A stretch of DNA of 64,000 nucleotides, taken from assembly GCA_965240325.2 (NCBI GenBank), contig OZ251224.1, positions 3,968,001 through 4,032,000 of the forward strand, in the 5' to 3' direction. Under the pieces are notes generated by a model that was not told where the DNA came from, did not search any database, and saw nothing but the letters and a program-made list of their open reading frames with translations. The translations under genes were made by a program, and so were the position numbers. Each line of letters opens with the position of its first letter. Position 1 is the stretch's first letter. Source of the stretch: Rebecca billardiae RCC1528 (Eukaryota > Protista > Haptophyta). Below, in pieces: positions 56,546 to 64,000 of the stretch.

Positions 56546-58484
56546 GTCTCCCACGGGGTGTTGGTGGGTGTTGGATCTGGAAGCGGGAGGGTGCTTCACG
56601 AACGTCGAGCCGCGGTTGGCGGCAGATCGTGATGAGGCGGAGCGTGCACGCAAAGATGCCGTATGGGTTCGATTGTTTTGGTTCGGCTCACCAATGACCT
56701 TTCCCAGCAAATCGAGCAACTCATCACAGTTACGGGAATCGCCCGCGTCGAGCGGGTTCGGCGGGAAGGACCAACTTCCTTTTACACCTATACCCGACAT
56801 TTTGCGAAGCTGCTAATGCGAACCGACACCAACATGAGCGGAGAAGCTGTAATCACCGCGTAATCAGACGTTTGCTAGGCTTGCGCACACCCCAAGCAAT
56901 CCGAAATATACCTTTTTGAAGGGGTTCAAAAGTTCACCCCGCCGTGTCCATAATTATAGTCATCACCAGGCCGGCCTCCTCCTCCTCATCCCGGTTCCGA
57001 GATGATTATCGCGGCAAGCGGTGTTGACGCAACGGCATCAAAGCAAACGCCGGAAACGCAACATGAGCACCGCAATTGGCCGATATTCATCGGCGGGGGT
57101 CATCAATTCATTGCTCGGGTAGACTAGGGCAGGCGTCCGACAAAAACGGAGGTCCCAAGCATAGCTTTTTCAGATGATGATAGCCACGCAGATGAGGGAA
57201 TCCCCATCGCCCTGCACACTTGAGTAGTTGCGTCCGCTTGGTTTGATGCACTCCTCAACTTTGCAGGTCGGCGACACCCCACCCTGGCGCGCTCCAGCCA
57301 TCGCGGGTGCGGCTTGTAATGATGAGCTACCCATCCGAAGATAGAAAAAACAACGCTCGTATGATGTGATACGCCACAAAGGTACCGAAGCAATCAGAAG
57401 GCGTACTAACTGTACCACCAGCCCGGGCGGTTGATGGTCAGATGAGCACCCGCCGCTTGGGAAACTATGGCGAATCTGATGAATAAAACGTTTGCTTACT
57501 TGTCAATTACTGACCGGGTATTTTGCCACGTCGGTTCAATAATCCAGGCGTCTACTTCTCGGATGATCGTAATCACACAGTTACGGGGGTCGGGGGGTGA
57601 GGCACCCGTCCGTGCGTCAGCCGCTGCCTCGGATTGCACACCGCCGTGTGACGCAAGCGCAAACCCGGGCGGCTAACGAGTGAGCCTCTACTCAGTGACC
57701 CACGCTAATCAGGGACGGGGCAGCGCCGTCCGCCCATTCTTTTGCCAACTAGTTTGGGCTGCGCGGGGGGTCAGTCGTAACCGCGGAAGCCCACTCCGTA
57801 CTTCAGATGGGCACTGGCCGCTCGCCGGCGTGCGAGAGGCAACGGGCTGCCCCTCGAGCGATGACAGGAAGTATGGCACGGAGGAGTACTTGTTAAGCCG
57901 AATCTGGCTCTTCCCACGATGGACTGGTAGTCTGACTCTTCCCACGATGGACTGGTAGACCGTCGCGGAGTGTGTCTCACAGTACGGTGCCTGCGTGCAA
58001 CTCACCGCAGGCGCTGCGACGCGGCAAGTGAGCCCAGGCAATGCTCATGGCCATGTGATGCACACCACATTTGAACGTATCAACCATCACTCCGGGGCTG
58101 TGGTGACGATTGGTCATCTCGAGCCTGCTTGAATTGAAGTCTGGCTCCGTCGAAGCGGAAGCGGCCGAACCTAGCAGCGCTGCCTGTAGCCGCGACCGAT
58201 GCAGCGGCAGACACGCTGCGCGGCTCAGCTCCGGATGACGCGTGGCTGGCGCGGGAGGACGCACACGCAGTCCCCTGTGTGCAGCACAGACGATGCCTTG
58301 TCGAGTGCGAAGCGTTGCACATTGCTACCGAGTCAACAGTGACGCCACCATGCGATCGGCAACTCGGGCAGTCGGCATGCTGATTCCTTTGTGATTGACG
58401 ACGACGAAACTGCGAAAGCCGAAAGTCAATGGCCAAGTCAATGCGGACGAGTCATTCGATCATCAATCTCGGCGGCGGGCCACG

Positions 58485-60095
58485 ATGGCGGACCAGAGCA
58501 CCGACCAGGAGCCGGTCAGGAGCACCATGGCGGCGCGAAGAGCCGCGGTGCTCCCGGCTCTGGTCGGGGCCGTCATCGCGTGCTCAGCGCCGCTCCAGCA
58601 GATCATTCTGCCGGCTCACATCCTGGAGCTCTCGTGTGCCACGGGCTCTGCGCCGTGCGGCACAGCCGCTGCGAGCGAGGAGGCGGCGTTCTGGCTCGAG
58701 GGCTCGAGGTCATTTGTGAATGTGTGCGCGCTGCTCACACTGCCTGCGCTCACCCTCGCGGCGGACCGCTGGGGGCGCAAGCCCGTCCTCTGCCTGTGCG
58801 TGTGCTCCATGGCACTCGACGCACTTGCGTGCGCGCTCGCGCCCACGCTCGCGCTCATGCTGGCGCTGCACTCAGCGAGCGGGCTGCTCGGCTCTGTCTG
58901 GCTGTTCCTCGCGGCCGCGTGTGCGAGCCGCGCCGACCTGACGAGTGCCGAGGGCAGCGACCGGAGCGGGGCGTTCGCACTGATCGAGGCGGCCGTGATG
59001 AGTGCGCTCGTGGTCGGGCCGTTTGCATGGGGCGCGTTCGCGCAGGCGCTCGGCAACCGCGCAGCCATGCTTGCGATGAGCTGCGCGCTGCTGCTGCTGC
59101 TGCTGCTGATGGCGGCACTGCTGCCTGAGACGCTCGCGCCCGAGCTGCGCGCCGCGCGCCTCGGCAGCGCGCGCGCCTTGCTCGCCGCCGCGCATCCACT
59201 CGCACCGCTCGGCTATCTGCGCGGCGCCCGCCACGCGGGCATGCCCGGGGCGGCGGCCGGCGGGCGTGCTTGCTCGGGCGTCCTCCTGGTCGCCTGCATG
59301 ATGGCGGCGTGCTGGGGTGCGATGCGCGCGACCGAGTACCTCTACGTGCCGTTCGCTGCGACCGAGTTTGGGTGGAGCGACGCGCGGCTCGGTGCGTACT
59401 CGACAGTGCTGTCGTGCGCGATGGTCGCCTCGAACCTACTCGTGTCGCTCACGTCGTCGCGCGCGGGCGCGCGCGACGCACGCGCCGAAGCGCACGCAAT
59501 CACGCGCAGCTCGGCGCTCTCTGCTGCGTGCGCGTGCGCGCTGTGGGCATGCCTCAGCGCACTGCGCGCCGAGCGTGCTCGATGGGCGCAGCCGCTCTTC
59601 TGGGTCGGCGCGCTGCCGTACGGTCTCGCCATGTGCATCAGCCCCGTGCTGCGCGCGCGCCTCTCTGCGCTGGTCCCAGCAGCCGAGCAGGCGCGCGCGC
59701 TCGGCTGCGCGGCGGCGGTCGAGACCGTCGCGGCCGTGTGCGCACCGCTCGCCGTCGGCGCGCTGCTCGAAGCATGCGAGCGCATCGGCCTGCCCTCACT
59801 GGGATACGTGCCCTCCGCGCTCCTCTTCCTGGCAATCGCACCACTCAGCGCGCAGCTCGAGCACACCGCCGGGGCCTGGCGGCCACACGCGCTCGCTGAG
59901 CCCCTCATTGCGGCAGTGGCCGCGGCCGAAGCGGCGGGCCACGCGCTGCCTCCAGCTGACTCGGATGGCGGCGCTGCTGACAACGTGGAGGACCCGAGAG
60001 GCGATTGCCTCCGCGTGCCCGCATCCGACGACGCGGATGTGTCTCGCGACGAGATGACGACTGCGCCTGCTGAGTGCACTGCTCCTGATTCCTGA
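58485..60095 (+). CDS. Major facilitator superfamily transporter (DHA1/SLC46-like)
   Basis: ~12 hydrophobic helices, motif A LAADRWGRKPVL, LLPETL after TM6, LSALVP..EQARALG. Confidence 0.88.
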   Translation: MADQSTDQEPVRSTMAARRAAVLPALVGAVIACSAPLQQIILPAHILELSCATGSAPCGTAAASEEAAFWLEGSRSFVNVCALLTLPALTLAADRWGRKPVLCLCVCSMALDALACALAPTLALMLALHSASGLLGSVWLFLAAACASRADLTSAEGSDRSGAFALIEAAVMSALVVGPFAWGAFAQALGNRAAMLAMSCALLLLLLLMAALLPETLAPELRAARLGSARALLAAAHPLAPLGYLRGARHAGMPGAAAGGRACSGVLLVACMMAACWGAMRATEYLYVPFAATEFGWSDARLGAYSTVLSCAMVASNLLVSLTSSRAGARDARAEAHAITRSSALSAACACALWACLSALRAERARWAQPLFWVGALPYGLAMCISPVLRARLSALVPAAEQARALGCAAAVETVAAVCAPLAVGALLEACERIGLPSLGYVPSALLFLAIAPLSAQLEHTAGAWRPHALAEPLIAAVAAAEAAGHALPPADSDGGAADNVEDPRGDCLRVPASDDADVSRDEMTTAPAECTAPDS

Positions 60096-60334
60096 ATATT
60101 CTTTATGATAATATATATAGAGAGGCTAGCTGCCTAGCTCATAAGTAGTCATGTACCGGCCCGCCATACAGTACGCATCGCTGCAGGCCGTGCACCGGGC
60201 CGCTCCGGGCACTCGGGGCTCCGCCTGTTTAGCTGTTGGTGAGTTCACGCCCACGGTCCTACCGGTTGCAATATAGGACCCGCGTCGCTCACTCGATACA
60301 GCGCTATATGTGATACCGTCTGCTCTTGCGGCGC

Positions 60335-60940
60335 TCATAACGGCATGAGTGGACTGGCAGGCTGCCCGGCAGCAGGCTCCTCACGTCCGCAGTCCGGGCC
60401 GGTTGCCGACTGCGGAAGGCCCGATGCCGGTGGCCGCGGCTGGCTGGCGTTCATTCCCGCGGCACCATCCGACACGCCCCCTAACCAATCGTCGATCTGC
60501 TGCCGCATCTCGTCTTCGACAAGCAGCGCGCTCTCCACGCTTTCAAAGGGCTCTGGCGCAGGGTTGAGCTCAGGGACGCCGCCAGCAGCCAGGCACAGAG
60601 GCGGCGTGCGGGCGAGACATCGCCAGCCAAGGTCACAGATGGAGTCAAGTAGTAGCACGAAGGTGAAGCGCCCGGAGTATCTCGCCAGGTCTCTCGCCGA
60701 AAACGTCACATGGCCGTTCGGCTTGTTGCGCGTGATCTTTTTGAAGGCCAACCGTTTCCGCGTCATGACGCTGTCCCCAACGCCGATCGGCACACCTGCC
60801 GCGCCACAGTCCGCATACAGCGCGATGCAGGCGTTCCAGTCACCCAAGTTCCCTTCTGGATAGCGGTACTCCACGTGCACACCACGAGCGTTCGACCCCT
60901 GCAAAGAGGCAACCAGCGTCGCCTCTGGGACGGCCGCCAT
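60335..60940 (-). CDS. Hypothetical protein, possible SKICH/Ig-like beta domain
   Basis: VHVEYRY..DW..CIALY..GHVTF...YSGRFTFVL..LARTPPL pattern; ATG at 60940 (the upstream ORF extension is MITE sequence). Confidence 0.55.
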   Translation of the reverse strand: MAAVPEATLVASLQGSNARGVHVEYRYPEGNLGDWNACIALYADCGAAGVPIGVGDSVMTRKRLAFKKITRNKPNGHVTFSARDLARYSGRFTFVLLLDSICDLGWRCLARTPPLCLAAGGVPELNPAPEPFESVESALLVEDEMRQQIDDWLGGVSDGAAGMNASQPRPPASGLPQSATGPDCGREEPAAGQPASPLMPL

Positions 60941-60981
60941 CGTCGTCAGGGCCGTGGCGGTGGCTTGGTGAGCGATTTTTA

Positions 60982-61416
60982 CAGGGCTCAAAGATCCGGT
61001 GCTCGGTACGCGTACCGGTGCACCGGCGCCGCAGGCGCCGGTGTACCGGTACACCGGTGCGCGCACCGCGGGGGGGTCCGGGGGGGTGTCCCCCCCGGGG
61101 CCCCGCCGGCCCGAGGCGACGAAAATTTTTGGGCCTATTTACTGATAGAAACAGCCCAATTATTGGACGAAATCGGCCGGCGTCCCTTCCCTGAGTGCGG
61201 CACGCGGCCTGAGAGTGCCAGCAGTGACTCCGACCTCGGACACTGACAAGTGCCGGCTCCGCGTAGTCCGTACTCGCGGGTGCTGTGGTCCGGGCGCATA
61301 CGACCCCTCCCGGACTCTCACCGGTGCGCGGCAGTTTGTGGCGGTGCATACCGGTACGCACCGGTACGCACCGGTACGGTATTTACCGGTGTCCGGTGTA
61401 CCGTCTTGGAGCCCTG
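60982..61416. mobile_element. hAT-family MITE, 435 bp
   Basis: TIR CAGGGCTC(A/C)AAGA; perfect 8-bp TSD GATTTTTA; many subterminal ACCGGT motifs. Confidence 0.93.
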
Positions 61417-61509
61417 GATTTTTATTAAAGCGATTTTTTAGGCCTCGCAGGCGACGGCTCGGTGCCTCGGAACGAATCTTCGGTCTTCCGACAGCGCTAC
61501 AGCCTGCTA

Positions 61510-61678
61510 CAGTTTACTAAGAATAAGAGACGCAGTACCACCGGCGACGGCTTCCGATCATGGGCGGTGACAGTTGGCGGGCGTCGATCTCGCCTGCCTG
61601 AGCTGTGTGCGTCTCCTATTTTTAGTAAACTGTACTCGCCTGCCTGAGCTGTGTGCGTCTCTTATTCTTAGTAAACTG
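61510..61678. mobile_element. Tc1/mariner-type MITE family D with tandemly duplicated right end
   Basis: TA|CAGTTTACTAAGAATAAGAGACGCA ... TGCGTCTCTTATTCTTAGTAAACTG|TA; the right ~46 bp is repeated (ends at 61632 and 61678). Confidence 0.85.
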
Positions 61679-62504
61679 TACTCTAATGCTGCTTTGAAGC
61701 GGCCTATATTGAATCGGTGATGCAATTCTGCTGCTGGCTGGACCATTTCATATAATAATTCATTTCCGGCGTTATCACTATCCGGACTCAGTTCTGAGTT
61801 CACACTGTCGCTCTAAGTCAGACTAAGTCGGACAAAGTAAGTGTCAAAGACTGAAAGACTACGGTGCCAATAACTGAAATCTGAATCAGTCTCAGAGTCA
61901 GACCAGTTCGCGGACTGGACTTAGCTAAGCGTACGGAGTAAGTTATAATAGACGTACTAAATTAGCGCGGTATTATTAACACTGAGAGCCCTTACGGGGA
62001 TGAGAGCGGTGCCCGTATAATCATGACCGCTCCTCGGCCCGGCGAATCGGGTTATCGGCAGGGCCGCCTGTCACTGCGTCATCTGGAATGTCAGAACTCA
62101 GATCGGCTCACGGCCCGCGACTCGCGGGTACCCGATTACCGGAGTTACTACGTTACCGTCGCGCCCGTGCGGCATACCGGGGCTGGCGCGCGGAGCGGCC
62201 GAGCGGGGCGCAGCGCCAGCCTGCGTCTTCACCGCAAAAGAGTGAAAAGTCGGGAGGCAGGCCGGCAGGTAAGCAGGGTTTAGGATCATAGCAATGGGAT
62301 CCAGTCGCGTATACATGATGCCGCTGAGCTTGCTGCGCGATCTGGCCGGAGGCCGAGCCTTGAAGATCATGCTCGCCACGAGTTGGCGGGCTCATGATTC
62401 ACCTACTTGCAGTCGCCAATCAAGCGGGGCAGCGGGCGCGGTACGCCGTACCGGCGCTCCGTCGAAGAGTGTGTAGCGTGCGCGGCGCCTGGCGCGGGTG
62501 GCAC

Positions 62505-62834
62505 CTAGTTGATCGCAAGGAGCTGCACCTCAAACCTGAGCGCCGCGTTGGGCGGGATGACGCCGCCCGCGCCCTGCGCGCCGTAGCCGTAGTCAGGCGT
62601 CATCTCGAGGATGGCCTTCTCACCGAGGCTCATCTTCATCACGCCCTCGTCCCAGCCCTTGATGACCTGGCCCTGGCCGATGACGAACTGGAACGGGCGG
62701 CCGCGCTTGTGGCTTGAGTCGAACTCCTGGCCACCGTCGACGAGGGTGCCGCGGTAGTGCATCTGCAAGCGGTCGCCAGCCTTGGGGTAGGTTTTGCCAT
62801 CTCCCGCCTCAGTCGTCTGCACGCTGACACCCAT
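62505..62834 (-). CDS. FKBP12: FKBP12 peptidyl-prolyl cis-trans isomerase (109 aa)
   Basis: MGV....GDGKTYPK.G....[27 protein letters not shown]...MSLGE...PDYGYG.....IPPNA.L.FEV.LL. Confidence 0.97.
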   Translation of the reverse strand: MGVSVQTTEAGDGKTYPKAGDRLQMHYRGTLVDGGQEFDSSHKRGRPFQFVIGQGQVIKGWDEGVMKMSLGEKAILEMTPDYGYGAQGAGGVIPPNAALRFEVQLLAIN

Positions 62835-63168
62835 GGCGGCTGATGGCGAGGGGGGGCTGCGCCGTGCGGGTGGGGCCGGGATGGAGGGCGGATGCGTGCG
62901 CGTGGGCGCGCGCGACCGCTGGCGCGCAGGAGGAGGCAACGACGGCGCGGCGGGAGACGAAAGCGCGGCGGCGCGCACGTCTATCCCCGAAACTCTGCAG
63001 TCTTCACGACGGCCGGCGGCATAATATCCGGGTGGATCGATCGGCGAGTCCGGTTTCGAGTCGTTGCAAGTTGTAACTGTCCGAGTTCAGACTTCAGATC
63101 GGAGTCCGGCCTTTCCGTCTTCAAACCAACCTCAGTGGTGGCGGTTGCGCGAGGGAAGGCGCCAAGGC

Positions 63169-64000
63169 ATGGCGCTCGCGCGCGCGACCGTGGACGCGCG
63201 GGCGCGTCAGGTGATGGCCTCGACCTACTTCATCCTGAGCGAGAATGGTCCCCTCTCCTTCACCGTCCGATCCGCGGAGTCTGAGGAGAAACACCGCGTC
63301 TCCATCGGGGAGGCGCACAAGTGCACGTGTCCGACCGCGACGCACGGCCCGTCCGAGCCGTGCGAGCACGTGCTCTTCGTGCTGCTCAAGGTGTTCCGTG
63401 TGCCGGTGCGTGCGACTCGAAGCATGCCGCGTCGTCCATCCGCTGGCTGCGACCCTGCTGCGCTGCGCGCCCACACACACGCTCAGCCCTGCTGACCTGC
63501 GCCCCTTCCCCAACACGGCCGCGACAACAGCCGACAAACCCGGTGTTGCACGCGATGGGGATCCGCGAGGCGCAGCTCGAGGAGGTCATGCGCGGCCGCG
63601 TCAAGCGCGGCGGGCGCTCGCGCGCGCCACGCGCGCACGGCGCGGACGGCGAGGGCGCTCACGGCGCGGCGCCGGCGCACGGCGCGGCGTCGAGCGCTGC
63701 GGACGCACCGCCGCCGGGCGGGGTGACTCGGCGCGTGCCGACGGCGGACGACTCATGCCCGATCTGCATGGAGTCGCTCGACTCGGGCGGCTCGCTCGTG
63801 TGGTGCCGCGAGGGCTGCGGCAACAACGTGCACCGTCACTGCATGCTCGTGTGGTCCAAGCACCGCGCGACGGCCGAGCGCGCGGGCGCGGCCGCGGGCG
63901 GCGGGCTCTCGTGCCCGATGTGCCGCGCGACGTGGGGCGAGATCGGGCTGCCCGAGCGCGACGCGCACCCGAGGCAGACCGCAGCGCAGCGGCGCGAGCA
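63169..64000 (+). CDS. SWIM + RING zinc-finger E3 ligase (ZSWIM2/MEKK1-N-like), 3'-truncated; intron 63406-63530
   Basis: GP.SF...HRVSIG..HKCTC...PCEHVLFVLLKVFRVP (SWIM); CPICME...WCREGCGNNVHRHCM..W...CPMCR (RING). Confidence 0.88.

Noticed and set aside
56546-58400. Short ORFs and a 23-bp duplication (57908-57958) in lower-GC intergenic DNA
   Set aside because: No coding signal or element termini could be identified.
63169-64000. SWIM gene as the SWS1/ZSWIM7 partner of the SWSAP1-like gene
   Set aside because: It has SWIM+RING (ZSWIM2/MEKK1-type) architecture and lies 53 kb away.

Overview
This is eukaryotic nuclear DNA of very high GC. It is gene-dense, with short GC-rich GT-AG introns (donor mostly GTGCG, branch CTGAC/CTCAC) and flagellar genes. 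That points to a flagellate alga, most likely a haptophyte such as a pavlovophyte (inference). About 21 protein genes are supportable: the 3' part of a spliced hypothetical gene, RsfS/Iojap, a tandem cNMP-binding protein, SWSAP1-like, DDA1, a Pro-rich type-I membrane protein, an IQ/PH protein plus a PH paralog, DRC3, PP2C, CPPED1-like, a KIF12-like kinesin, a 1479-aa nucleoside-hydrolase(HopQ1/XopQ-like)-multi-TM-TIR fusion, SfsA, SWEET, an EF-hand protein, an MFS transporter, FKBP12, ZSWIM2-like and hypotheticals. Intergenic DNA holds many non-autonomous DNA transposons: hAT-like and mariner-like MITEs, and two Galileo/P-type foldbacks with 7-bp TSDs. Four observations stand out. (1) The NH-TM-TIR fusion protein. 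(2) A TIR-less, TA-flanked element family (31949-34194, 44439-47363) whose two ends are conserved hairpins, one with a compensatory base-pair change, and whose copies carry entirely different cargo. (3) One of those copies carries a decayed HTH + USP-deubiquitinase ORF. (4) A pervasive short-duplication/insertion mutation signature fills the 3' intergenic zones. No rRNA, tRNA or CRISPR array was seen. Family assignments come from motif recognition only; no searches were run.
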